Below are positions 1-11,669 of a stretch of DNA of 64,000 bases, piece by piece; positions within the stretch are counted from its first letter, which is position 1; every line of letters starts with the position of its first letter. This stretch comes from Rhina ancylostomus. Lineage: Eukaryota. The position numbers and the translations under genes are program-made. The stretch lies in contig JARFYF010000094.1 of NCBI GenBank assembly GCA_030265395.1, positions 47,148,742-47,212,741 of the forward strand, written 5' to 3'. The notes under the pieces are model-generated. The model was not told the DNA's origin, ran no database searches, and worked only from the letters and a program-made list of their open reading frames with translations.

Positions 1-357
1 TGTACAGTTTAGTTCTCTCTTGCCTCCACCTAAGCACTCTGTAGATCATTCTACTTTTCTTCTTGTTAATGTGGTGATTTTTTCTCTCCCTTTGTTGACT
101 GCTTTCCTCTTCAAACTTTACACTTGAAACAACTTCCTGTTACAACAAATGGGTGTCAACCTAAATATTATTCCCACCTTCACAGATGCTACCTGACCTG
201 CTAAGTATTTTGAGCATTCACCACCAGGGACTCTTTCCTAGAGGTTAATTGTAATGCTCCTGGTCTGTGAATGAACAGTTCCCTGCGATCTCTGTTTTAA
301 GATCAGAGACTGATATGAGAGTGATTTGACATTGATGACCTTTTTTTTCTTTTTGAG

Positions 358-552
358 GTGATGACAATGATGTTTGAGGTGCAGGACCTGGCAGTGGCCT
401 CTCCTGCTACTGTCTCTCGCTGTGGAATGGTCTACCTGGAGCCCAGCATTTTAGGACTTCAACCATTTATTGAATGCTGGCTGAGGAAGGTTCCCTCAGC
501 CATAGAACCCTACAAAACAAAACTGGAGTTTCTCTTTAATCATTTCCTGGAG
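358..552 (+). CDS. DNAH1: DNAH1 exon 1 of window (AAA2 C-terminal part)
   Basis: ttttgag|GTG...CTGGAG|gtcagt; [33 protein letters not shown]...NHFLE; 195 nt, phase 0/0. Confidence 0.95.
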
Positions 553-845
553 GTCAGTAACTACTTCTGCATTGGATCATCTCAGAGGTTATATTGCTAT
601 ATTTGAATATTGATTTATAATACATAAATGGGTTGAAAGTGGAGAACAGGTAGAACTTAGCTATGGTATAAAGACAGAGGAAGGTTCTGAAGCTCTCTGT
701 TTCTGGTCCAAGCTTAATTAAGACCTAAAATGTCTCTTTTTCATCACTGTATAGAGTATAGAGCAATACAGCCCAGATACAGGCCTTTGGCCCAACGAGT
801 CCATGCCGACCACAGTGCCCACTCAGCTACTCCCAATTTCCTTCA

Positions 846-992
846 ACAACACACACAAAATGCTGGAGGAACTCAGCAGATTAGGCAGCATCTATGGAGA
901 GAAATAAACAGTTGACGTTTCAGGTTGAGACTTTTGACCTGACTTGATGAAGGGTCTCGACCCAGAGCATCAACTGTTTATTTTCCTCCATA
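846..992. mobile_element. Penelope-like element terminal repeat fragment with inverted arms
   Basis: acacacaaaatgctggaggaactcagcag...ggcagcatctatggag head. The arms tatggagagaaataaacagttga (893-915) and tcaactgtttattttcctccata (970-992) are near-complementary and enclose degenerate hammerhead-like cores. Confidence 0.65.
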
Positions 993-1399
993 TGATAATG
1001 TATTCACTTCATTATTTATAACATTTAAAGCAACACTGTTTCCAAATTCATTATTGCTATTTGAGTTTGTGTGGTGACATAGTGTTGAAGGTTAGAAGAG
1101 GGTGGTAGAAGTGATGATGATTGGTGATGCAAAGGCTTACCTTGTTATATTCTACATTATTTTGTTTTGTTCTAACTTGATTAGAAAAATTATTGAAGCT
1201 GGGAAGAAATATTTTGTTTCATGTGATGGGTGAGTAACAAATTAGAAAATAAAGATGTCCATGCAATGCCTCCTGTAAATATCAAGGACATCATAAACAT
1301 GACAAGGGGAAGGATGTAGACTATCTAGAGAATTTAACAGCAGGACTTAATTATATCTCTTTCTGCAGTTTCTCCCAGATTGAATCTGATGCATCTGGA

Positions 1400-1626
1400 T
1401 TTGCCGTTTGACTATACGTTTGACTATAAAATTGCTGTTTGAAGTGTTGAACAGATTTATCAAGATTCACGAGCACCTACAGACATGACCATTTATTTAA
1501 ATAGCCCCACCACACAAACTCTGGAAGCTTCTACAAACAATGTTTTAACCAGCTAGCAAACAACCACTAAACACTGTACTTAAAGCAACAATTAACCCCT
1601 TACCACCAATACTGCATATTTTAAAC
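1400..1626 (-). repeat. 3' LTR of the Gypsy relic (boundaries approximate)
   Basis: Shares the exact 20-mer actctggaagcttctacaaa (1518-1537) with 6070-6089, plus colinear flanking similarity; abuts the PPT. Confidence 0.65.
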
Positions 1627-2285
1627 TGCTCCCCTCTACAAAAAGAACAAAAACAGTTACAGATATTCAAATACCTGTATCTACCTTTATAAATTTACAG
1701 ATTCAGCCACAATACAGGTCTTCTCATCCTCTGGAACATTCTCAGCCAGTCCCTTGAGACAGGTCTCTCTGGTGTTCACTCTGAATGCTGACTGAGCACC
1801 TACTTTAGGATTCACTGCGGGGCCCTGTATCACTACTCTGTCTTCATCTTCCTTGGATTTTTACTGTGACATCCTCTTCTATCACATCTTGCGATATCCA
1901 GCTGAGTATGCTCTCAACTCTTACATTTTAGGAATCATGCAAATAGTGAACAATCTACATAAAACTTCCCGAAGTTTATGTTGACTGTCATTAAATACTC
2001 CTCATTGTAACTTTTCCCAGATCCCATCCTGATGTCCATGCCTGGCCAGGAGTTCTGAATGCTCACATGTTTTTATCTTCTCTAAGACATTGTTCTTTCT
2101 GTCTGGGGTGGAACTGTCTTCTTTGGCTCAACTTCCTTTCCTCCATTCTCCCTCTAGGTTTGGTTGCACAAAGTTTACCTTTGTTTTGAGCAAACAGTTC
2201 ACCAGCACCTCAGTCAGGGAGGACTAGGGTGCCCTGTACATCACTAGGAAGATTGCAGTTCTATGCCGTATGGACTTATTCAACT

Positions 2286-2600
2286 TAGAACATAGAAAAA
2301 CTACAGCACAATTCAGGACCTTCGGCCCACAAAGCTGTGCTGAACATGTCCCTAACCTAGAANNNNNNNNNNNNNNNNNNNNNNNNNNNNNNNNNNNNNN
2401 NNNNNNNNNNNNNNNNNNNNNNNNNNNNNNNNNNNNNNNNNNNNNNNNNNNNNNNNNNNNNNNNNNNNNNNNNNNNNNNNNNNNNNNNNNNNNNNNNNNN
2501 NNNCACTGCTGCACTTGATAGGCCCTATCCTTTCGCATCTCATCCTCTTACTCTTCACGTACTTGTAGAACGCCTTGGGGTTTTCCTTAATCCTGCCTGA
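2286..2600 (-). mobile_element. Young CR1 LINE inserted into the Gypsy integrase (mostly hidden in N gap)
   Basis: CR1 3' tail (tagaacatagaa...acagcacaattcaggaccttcggcccac) left of the gap; ORF2 linker IKENPKAFYKYVKSKRMRCERIGPIK right of the gap. Confidence 0.75.
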
Positions 2601-5159
2601 AATGGTATCCTCAGTGCTTGACCCCTACAAGCTTGTGCAATTTGTTTATACATGTCCAAAATCTTGGTTAACTCTAAGGCAGTACGCAAACTCACATGCC
2701 ACCAACTACATGTAGTAAGGCAAGATTCTGGGGATGGAACTCACTTAAGGTTCACTCTTGAAAAGCTCGAAAGAACTTCCGCATCTACACTTAACACACT
2801 CTTGATTTGTAGACAATTCTTGTCTTCTGTAGTGAAAGTTCAGATGTTCTTGCTCATAATGATAATAAGATTTCTCCCACTCATATTCATATACCCGCCT
2901 TAGAATGACATTTTGCAATTTCTTCAGCTCTAATTGAGAAGTTGTTGTCACTTATTGCATGCATGATGTGATTTTGGGCTTCAGTCTTTTTTACTGACTA
3001 CTTTTACAATCTTGCAAGATTTCTGGGTTCTAACCCATTCGGTCTCTCATTCCATGGCTTAGAGAATTGCACTATTCCATCCTCATCACCAGTGTGGAGT
3101 ATGCAACTGCTTTAAGTGGTTGAACAGAGTTGTGGAGACCTTGAGAACTTACACAGAACATGGCTGTTTATTCATATGTACTCCAGAGTATAGAGAAAAG
3201 TTTGTTTACATGAAGTAGAGCACAATGTAATCCTGCGTTGGCTATGGTGTCACCACTTAGTCATAATTACAGAACCACTGTGGGGTGCCCTGCAGAAGCC
3301 TGTAAGGTTTCAGGATCCAATTTGACTGCGTATGCTCATTTTCTGTATATATTCAGGCCTTTTTGCATATTCACTGTCAAATAACTTAGGTTCTCCAGTC
3401 CACATTGGGTTCAGCATATGCATGAGAAAGATGGAGCTTGATCTGAACCATTCCCCAGCTAACTCTGCATACAAATCCCAGCAGGCAATACATTGCATCA
3501 TTCACTGCTCTGTTTGCTGACCTTATATATGTGACAGAGATGACAGACTTTGGAATGATTATCATTGGTGTTGCCAGTCACCCAGCTGCACCTCCACTAA
3601 CAAGGCATTCCGACTTCTTCAGTTCTTCTTCTACTTGGGTTTTAAAAGCAAAGGGCAATTACCTAGATAAGCATTGTATCAAATTCTAGCCAGATATGAA
3701 TGTGAACTTCAACCCCTTCGATATCACTGTAGGAATCCTTGATAAGGTCCATAGAATCGTGTCCCAACCAGATGTACTGTAGGAAGACTACACACCTGTG
3801 TTGATTCAAGCTTTTGACTTTTCAGCAGCAGTGGCCTGTGGTGTTTTTGCCAGGATCAATTTCGTATCCTGATCCTATGAAGAACAATGCACATCAGCTG
3901 TTCCAGTGTTTCTTCTGAACACATGTGTAGTACCATGTTGCTGCTAGTTGATGGGATCCTGTTGAACTTTTGCTGATATGTGTCTCTCCCCATGACCAAG
4001 CAAATCTGTAACCATGTCTGTATTCATTTCTAAATTTTGGCTATCTCTCTGAAAATGACCTTGAAATCCTTATAGATATTAGTTTATTTATTGCTATCTG
4101 TTCCACTTAAGGTTCATTCCTCATGCTCTTCATTCATTTCAAACTTGTGCAAAGTGTGATTTCCCTTCGTTACATTTCTGATGGACCAGTATTATCTGTA
4201 CTCATTGTGTTTTATCTGCCTTCACAGTCTCATGCTGTGTGCCCATTTTGTTACAATTGGAACGGTGAACTGTCCTGAATGGACACAGCAGAGCTGAATG
4301 ATTGCCCTGGCATGATTACAAGGTTTCCCACATTGGATATTCATGTGATCCAAACTTCTGAAGATGGCACCACCATACTGACCCATTGGCTTGCGTACAG
4401 AATGCACATACATATCTACTCCATGCACTAAATGGAATTCCCTTGCACTTTTCAATGCCATTTAATAGCAATAACATTTTTACATGCCTTATTGAAAGTG
4501 TGTTCCTGTGTATTTAAAAAGCTTAGTCTGAGTGGGTTCAGCTGTATAAACAATATAAACAATAACCAATCCAACTTCTCAACATGCGCACTTGGAATAT
4601 CCCAAATTGCAGTGTCATGTCAAACTCTTCAAATCAGTGATATAATGCCAGATTGCTTCTGATTTTTGACTACAGGGACCAAAGTATAGCTTTCTTTAAT
4701 CTAGTATCCTCAGAAATTTAAGTAGTTACACAACATTTTGATGATGTCACAGAATGAAACATTGTCCTATCAGGTATTACTAAGTTAACTACCATTGTAT
4801 GGGTGTCTAACTCTACTTCTCCTTAAAAAGAGGCTTCCTTCCACTGTTAAAGGTCTTTGTTCAGTTAGTTTTCACTTGTATATCGTTACAGTGGGAAAAG
4901 ATCTCCAAGACTTTGCTCTGTCTGGACTGTATGATAGCTGGTGTACAACGACAGTCCTGTGATGAAAGAATTCACACCAAGGTGTCTTCCACCACTCAGA
5001 ACTGGAGTGAAAGCAACTGATTTTTTTCCCCCAAGGGATTGGATATGAAGAGGGGGCACCCAATCTTTTTAAAGAGTATTAACAGCAAGCCAGGAAACAA
5101 ACAGCAAGAGTTTAATTAACTTTTGCTGATGAATGAGAGTAGAGTGATTAGGCAATAAT

Positions 5160-5435
5160 TAGCCAATTGAATTTGTCCTGCTTCTTGTAAATAGGATATT
5201 CTTGGGTAATTTTCCACATTGTTGTATAAATGCCAGTGTGCTGACTAGCTTGATCAACATGCAGCTAGTTCTAGGGCACAGGTCTTCAGTACTACGGCTG
5301 AGATGTTAACTGGTCCCATAGCCTTTGCTGTCTGTATCAAATGCTCTCAGCTGTTTCTTGATCGAACTTGATTGAATGGAATTGGCTGATGGTTGGCTTC
5401 TGTGATGGTGGGGATCTAAGGAGGAAGCCAAAGGT
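5160..5435 (-). mobile_element. CR1/L2-type LINE ORF2 fragment
   Basis: ggtcccatagcctttgctgt and cttcagtactac read KAMGP and VVLK on the minus strand; same family as 11670-14098. Confidence 0.55.
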
Positions 5436-5481
5436 ATCAGCATTTATGCAGTGAATACCAAAACAGAATCTAAGCTATCTA

Positions 5482-5772
5482 GGGGCATACATGGTAGTGT
5501 ACAGTTAGCATAACACTTTACAGTGCCAGCAACCCCAGTTCAAATCCAGCCATGGCCTGTAAGGAGTTGGTATGTTCTCCCCATGTCTGCGTGGGTTTCC
5601 TCCAGGTGCTCTGGTTTCCTCCCACATGCCAAAGACATATAGATTAGGAAGTGTGGGCATGCTATGTTGGCACTGGAAGTGTGGCAACATTCGCGGGCTG
5701 CCCCAGAACACTACACAAAACGATATATTTCACTGTGTTTCGATGTACATGTGACTAATGAAGATATCTTAT
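5482..5772 (+). mobile_element. tRNA-derived SINE (V-SINE/HE1-like)
   Basis: A/B-box-like head (tggtagtgtacagttagc...gttcaaatcc) followed by the core gttctccccatgtctgcgtgggtttcctccaggtgctctggtttcctcccacatgccaaagac. Confidence 0.8.
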
Positions 5773-5980
5773 TTGCTCCAATTATGCAATAAAAACTCCC
5801 ACATCTTGTTATAACTACCTAATATTCCAATACACTCAACCTGAGTTTAGTGTACCATTTTCCATTTGCACTCTCAATTTTGCATTTGCTTAAACAGAGG
5901 TCTGCCCTTTGGACTTAGCCTGCTTTCCTTGCAAACCTCTTATAGTCCATGTCTTCATTGCCTTTTATCCTCAAAGCCAG

Positions 5981-6185
5981 TGTAACCATTTTGACTGACT
6001 ATAGCAAAGTATTTAACAAACTCCCCAAGACTCAGGAGTTACAACAATACTGTTTATTTCAATGGATATACTCTGGAAGCTTCTACAAAGTTGTAACCCA
6101 AAGAGCCATCAACTAACAATGTACTAAAGGGGGAAGTAGCCTTAAAACAAGTTGCCCTTTTTCACCCTGTGTCATCTATACTACA
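5981..6185 (-). repeat. 5' LTR of the Gypsy relic
   Basis: TGTA...TACA termini; lies immediately next to the PBS-like motif; shares the 20-mer at 6070-6089 with the left LTR. Confidence 0.7.
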
Positions 6186-6242
6186 GAACTATGGGTGACA
6201 CTTATGCATTGAATGTTTATATCATATTAGCATGATTGTGTG

Positions 6243-6476
6243 GGGTGGCACAGTAGCGTAGTGGTTAGCACGATGCTATTAAAATGCTGGCGATCAGGGT
6301 TCAATTCCCATCGCTGTAAGGAGTTTGTACGTTCTCCCGTGTCTGCGTGGGTTTCCTCTGGGTGCTGCGGTTTCCTCCCATATTCTAAAGATGTACAGGT
6401 AGGTTAATTTGGGGTTTAAAATGGGTGGTGTGGACTCGTTGGGCCGGAAGGGCCTGTTACCACACTGTAAACATTT
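6243..6476 (+). mobile_element. tRNA-derived SINE (V-SINE/HE1-like) with CR1-like tail
   Basis: ggcacagtagcgtagtggttagc (A box), ggttcaattccc (B box), core gtgtctgcgtgggtttcc, tail tgggccggaagggcctgtt. Confidence 0.85.
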
Positions 6477-7375
6477 TAAAAAAGCCATCCTGATATGAAA
6501 TAGGGTAATATACTTTTACCTCCTTTTTTGCAACAGTAATTGCATTGTTTAATTATCATGATTCCATTGTTATAAAAAGTCTTCTTCCACGATTTCCTGA
6601 GAAAATTGCCTTTCACCATAAATGATTCCATTTGCTTGCATGTCCCTTACTGCTCAACTGTACATGTTACCCTGTGAGAAATTCTGCCTCTAGCTACCAA
6701 ATTACATATTTGGAGGGTACAGGGAATATCATGATCTCTAAAAGATTTTCTTGTAACAGCCAAGTGTTATTTGGTTGACCATGGATTTGGTCCACANNNN
6801 NNNNNNNNNNNNNNNNNNNNNNNNNNNNNNNNNNNNNNNNNNNNNNNNNTTCTTGTCATACAATGGAGCCCTGGTACCTGCAGTCCCTTCCACACACTGG
6901 GACCCTGGTTCCCACACTCCCTCCAAACTCATCAGGCCCAGTACCTGCACTTCCTTGAAACTCACCTTGTTCTGTTTCCCACTCTCCTTTGAAATTTATA
7001 AGGTCTTGTTTCTCATTCTCCCTCTGAATTTACTGGTTTCACTGAAAGGTGTATTATTCTACTGTGTAACATGTAAAATAAAGTTAATTGGAAGTGCTCA
7101 GAGAATTAATAGGAATGACATCTAATATTCTGGAAAATCTGCTGGTCTTGCATTACCAAAGTTCTGAGCATGCTGGATTAATGGAGTTTTACCATAGTTA
7201 TGAAACCATATACATGCCGTAGAATTAGATATGAATCAGAGTGACTTTGTCAGAGCCTGATTTCACCAGGATAAGTTCTTGGTTTTTTGTTCCACTTCAG
7301 CATATAGGGGCAATGTCTCTTAAAATTATCAATTTATAAACCAAACCACCTTAACTCATTTTCATCTTGTCCCAG

Positions 7376-7495
7376 GAGTCAATTTTTCTTGTGAGGAAAT
7401 CGATGAAAGAGGTGATCGCCTCGATGGATAGTAATCTTACCTTCAGCCTCCTGAAATTGATGGATTGCTTCTTCAATCCTTTGATGCCAAAAGAG
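7376..7495 (+). CDS. DNAH1: DNAH1 exon 2 of window
   Basis: cccag|GAG...AAAGAG|gtcaga; ESIFLVRKSMKEVIASMDSNLTFSLLKLMDCFFNPLMPKE; 120 nt; absent from the ORF track. Confidence 0.93.
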
Positions 7496-9239
7496 GTCAG
7501 ATTATAATACATAATTGAAGCTCTATATAAAAACTATACTTAGAAATATAAACAAAATGTAAAGTGAAAGATCAAAATTGTTATATGACGTCATGGAGTG
7601 TCTTCTAGCCACTATCACTCTTATCCATCTCACTTAATGGAGGGACAATCTGCTGGTGGAGACAAAAATATAAAGAAAAAATACCTTTAATTTAGGAAAG
7701 AAACTCTTGTAAACCCAGAGAGATTTTGATGATTGGGAGACTACCCACCTAAACAGAGTTATGTTGGCCGCACTCAGATAATTGTCCTGTTTCCTTTCAG
7801 GCTCAACTAGTGCATTGCCTCTGCATTTGGCAGTTGCTTGTTTTAATTGTCAATAACAGTAGTTAAAGAGGCCACCTCTTAATATTTAAACTAGTCCTAA
7901 TCTCATGTATGAAATGATAGTTCAGGAAAGATGTGCATATTGTTTTAATAGTTGGGGCATTAGTACAAGGTCTTGTACACTTACAATTAAATGTAGAGAT
8001 GTACAGTAGAGCAAATAAGTATGCAGAATTTCTGAGTGTTAGTTGTAAAGGAAGAAGCTAAAGCTTTGATTCCATCTCTGACCACCACCACCCCCTGCCC
8101 CCACCCCTACTCCCACAACTGACAGAAACCAGGTTGGGGGGGGGGAATATTCTTATGAACTAGAAGAATTGCTCCTTTTCTGCCATGATCTAATGTTTAC
8201 TTTTACCAGGATTCTGTTCCATTCATTGATAATGGTGCCTGAAGAATAGCTTTCTGACATCAGCCTAGCTTGTCGTCCTGTGCCTTACTCCCAGGGGTGT
8301 GTGCAGGACTTTGAATCTTGCCAACTTTTCAAATGGACATGTACATGCATCCTTAAAGTAATGAGCAAATACTGTATGTGTACATGAGCCCATAATCTCA
8401 CACTAAAGATTTTTTTGTATGATTATTGCCTGTATCCTAACTAGCCCTCCCTCCATTACCTTGTACAGGCTAGTTCTCTGAATAGTATTTAATATTCTGC
8501 TATAAGATCAACTTTCAGATAATCATCTCCTTGGTGAAAGGACCAGGTTTTGACACTGTTCCTTCTTAATAGACTTATAAAACTGGAGGGCATCTTTATG
8601 CCTCTTCTTTGCATCCAAGGTATGACTGACTTCCTTGTTCCTTGAAGAACAGAAATGGGCTACACTTAAGTTTGCTCATATCTTTCAAATGTATTTGATT
8701 AATTTAACTGTAGGGGTCAATTGCTAACATTTTTGTTTTGTTGCCCTATATCAGTTGAGAATGTTGAACTTTGAGTCAACTTGAAAACTTAGTTCTCCTT
8801 CAGATTTATCCTTAGCAGTTTAATTGAATATCTGGTTGTGTTGAGCTATAAATCTGAATTATTCTTCATTGCTCTACACATTTGGTATTTTCCTACCTTA
8901 TTTTGTAATTTCTGAGTATCTCTACAGAATCTATTGGCCTTCCTCGTGCTACTCCATGTTGAACAATATGGAAGAAGCACTGTGGATTAAAGACCATTGA
9001 AGATACTTTGGTTGAGTATCTTCATTGTCCTTTATCAAGACCATCTTGTTGACATTACATTAGCTGATGACTGAAACAAGTTAGAATAAGGAGTGTTTAG
9101 ATAGCCCATTTGTCTCTCCCAACATTCCAGGACTTGTTGAATCAGTTAATCAGTTTCATCGTGCAAAAGACATGGTCAAAATAGTCAACCAAGCTCCCTT
9201 GTGTTCTTCTTTCTCACAGTACTGAAATCCAGATTCATC

Positions 9240-9800
9240 TTACTGTCACTTATTTGAATGCTATTCCCCAGCTCTGCCCAGAACACAGCTGTTCAGGGCT
9301 AAAATCATCTAGACTTTGCCACCTATTGACTCAACCATTTCAATGTTCTCCTAGACAGCTTCCCATTTCCCACCACCTCCCTCCCCAAATGCTTGAGCTC
9401 ATTCAAAATGCTGCTAATTCACACCTGGACCTATTGACTCAGTACCCAACTGTTCATTGACCCTGATTGGTTCTTGGCTTGGCAAGATCTCAGTTTAAGT
9501 TTGCTTTATTGAAAACAAGTTCTCACTTGGGTTTGTCCCTCTCCTTCTCTTAACCTCCAGCACAGGTCCATTTGAGATGTAAATATTGCTTTAATTCTGG
9601 CCTCTTGGACATCTCCATTTAAACACTTCACACCATCAATGACCGTGCTTTCAAACTTTCCTTCCTTATACCTACCCATCTCTGCCTTCTTTTAGGCATC
9701 TTTTAAGACTTATTTCTTGGATCTTTCATCTCCTTTTATGGTTCAGAAATAAATTTGTTTGATTATGCTCTGATGAACACCATTAAAATACAAGCTGTTG
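9240..9800 (+). mobile_element. Decayed L2-clade LINE 3' fragment
   Basis: LELIQNAA followed by a degenerate PV...DLHWL motif typical of the L2 ORF2 C-terminus. Confidence 0.55.
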
Positions 9801-10051
9801 TCCACACATACTAGTTATTTTGCCTTTGAACACTGTGTTGAATTCTTACATTGTTGCCAGACCCTCAAAAGTCTGGAACATCTTATCATCAATACCCTGC
9901 TTGCTTCCTAACAACAATTCATCTCCTAGCCATGAGACANNNNNNNNNNNNNNNNNNNNNNNNNNNNNNNNNNNNNNNNNNNNNNNNNNNNNNNNNNNNN
10001 NNNNNTTTCATCTGTATTTCTCATAACAGAAAAACATTTTTCTTTGAGCAG

Positions 10052-10210
10052 GGCGAGAGAGGTCTTCTGATTGAAAAGCAGAAGTTATTGGATGACTTAA
10101 TCGAACCCTGGTTTATTTTCTCCTTGATTTGGAGTGTTGGTTGTACTGGTGATGCTGAGAGCTATACTATTTTCAGCAACTGGTTGAGACAGAAGATGGT
10201 GGAGGAGAAG
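10052..10210 (+). CDS. DNAH1: DNAH1 exon 3 of window
   Basis: gagcag|GGC...GAGAAG|gtatgt; GERGLLIEKQKLLDDLIEPWFIFSLIWSVGCTGD...MVEEK; 159 nt. Confidence 0.93.
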
Positions 10211-11425
10211 GTATGTTTTAAATAAGATGGCTTATTGAGAAAAAAATCTTTCATATTAGAAAGCCAGTTACTTGTAATGTTTTCTTTCATGCCAACATGA
10301 TTCCATATTTTGTTTGTATATGCCAACATGTCTAATTACTTTATTATGTATTTTCAGTAAATGTCTGCAGCATCTCTCATGTCAAATCATAACAATCTTG
10401 CCCAGTGTTTCATCCATATATTCATTAAAGGACAGCAGCTACTAATGCCAGTTATTAATTTTGCATACTTTAATGTAGAGACACATAAGCATTGTCTGCT
10501 ATTACTTTTGCAAAAGTTATGATGCTCTTATTCGCTGATTAAATTTTTCCCTATTTTTCTCACATTGGTAAGTTCATATAGTTGCTGTTTACAATAAATG
10601 GGGATACATACAAAATATGATGGTCACCTGGTTACAGTGCTCACAGCTGAATGATTCACTCTTACAGTGCATGCCAACATGCAGACTGGAACTTCATCTT
10701 CATGTGAAAGTCCTAGACTATGTTCATGCACTAACCATATGTTAGTCTGTTATCTACTAACATGTTAGAGTAGAGAAGGGATCAGGGGGGGATGGGGTAG
10801 GGAGGTTGGTTGTGGGGGAAAGATAGGAGGTGGTGAATATCAGTCAGTCCCAAGAGTTGGAGGGTGAGAAGAAGGTTATAGATCGTAAACAGAGGGCATC
10901 AGGATGTAGGAAGATCACAGAGAAGGAGACAAAATTATTGTAGTTGGAAGTTTGAGAGGGAGAGATTGGGGGGGAGAAATTTTATAGCAAATGAATAATT
11001 AGAGAGAAATAATCAGGAAGAATGATTGCAAGAATAGTTGAGAAAATCCAGTGTGCAAAAAGATTGTGGGGTTGATTGACATTTATGGATATCATTGCAA
11101 TTGCCCAGAGGTCTATGTACTGTACATATGCACATCACATGCATGGACCCAAGTAGAATTTCTGATTAAGATGTGCAGGAAGTAGAAAATATAGGAATGT
11201 CTCCCATTAAAAGTAGGACATCTTCTCCAGAGAAGTGGGGGATTAGTTTTATATAAACTATTTACATAAAATCAATCACAATCATTCAGAGCTACATGGT
11301 CACCTGGCTTGACTGACAGGGGAATTACTCAATTATCTCCACGCTGGCTGGTTATAGCTCTGCCACTAAATGGTACAAAGTAAAATGTTGAAATTAATAA
11401 CCTTAAGCTATCCTTCCCATTATAG

Positions 11426-11527
11426 ATAGCTTTGTGTTTCCCTGATGATGGGCTGGTGTATGACTATCAGCTGGATGATGCTGGATTTAGCAGTACAAGT
11501 CCTGAGGAGGAGGATATTGAGAAAAGG
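11426..11527 (+). CDS. DNAH1: DNAH1 exon 4 of window
   Basis: ttatag|ATA...AAAAGG|gtaggt; IALCFPDDGLVYDYQLDDAGFSSTSPEEEDIEKR; 102 nt. Confidence 0.92.
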
Positions 11528-11669
11528 GTAGGTTAATTTCTGGGTCTCTGCTAATCATGTATTTCAGTGTTTGAATGGAGCTTCCATAAACTCATGATAT
11601 TTTTGTTCTATTATAATGCTTAATGAGTCACTGATTAGTATTTACTTGGATAATAAGTAATAGTAGTTA

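Larger units (their letters stand above)
1400..6185 (-). mobile_element. Ancient, frameshifted Ty3/Gypsy LTR retrotransposon (LTR-gag-PR-RT-IN-LTR), interrupted by younger LINE/SINE insertions
   Basis: Minus-strand relics in Gypsy order: gag (about 5900-4400), zinc knuckle SNCNKMG (about 4260-4233), RT motifs KLHLSHAY (3439-3416) and YLTVNMQKGL (3384-3354), integrase (YRRQELSTNQEC about 2800; RHRTAIFLVMYRAP about 2270-2225), and a WLNL* pol end at about 1700. Also a PPT at 1629-1637, a PBS-like TGGCTTTGAGGAT at 5979-5967, and a pair of LTRs. Confidence 0.8.

Noticed and set aside
6243-6315. tRNA-like sequence with A and B boxes
   Set aside because: It is a SINE head continuing into the SINE core; no complete cloverleaf.
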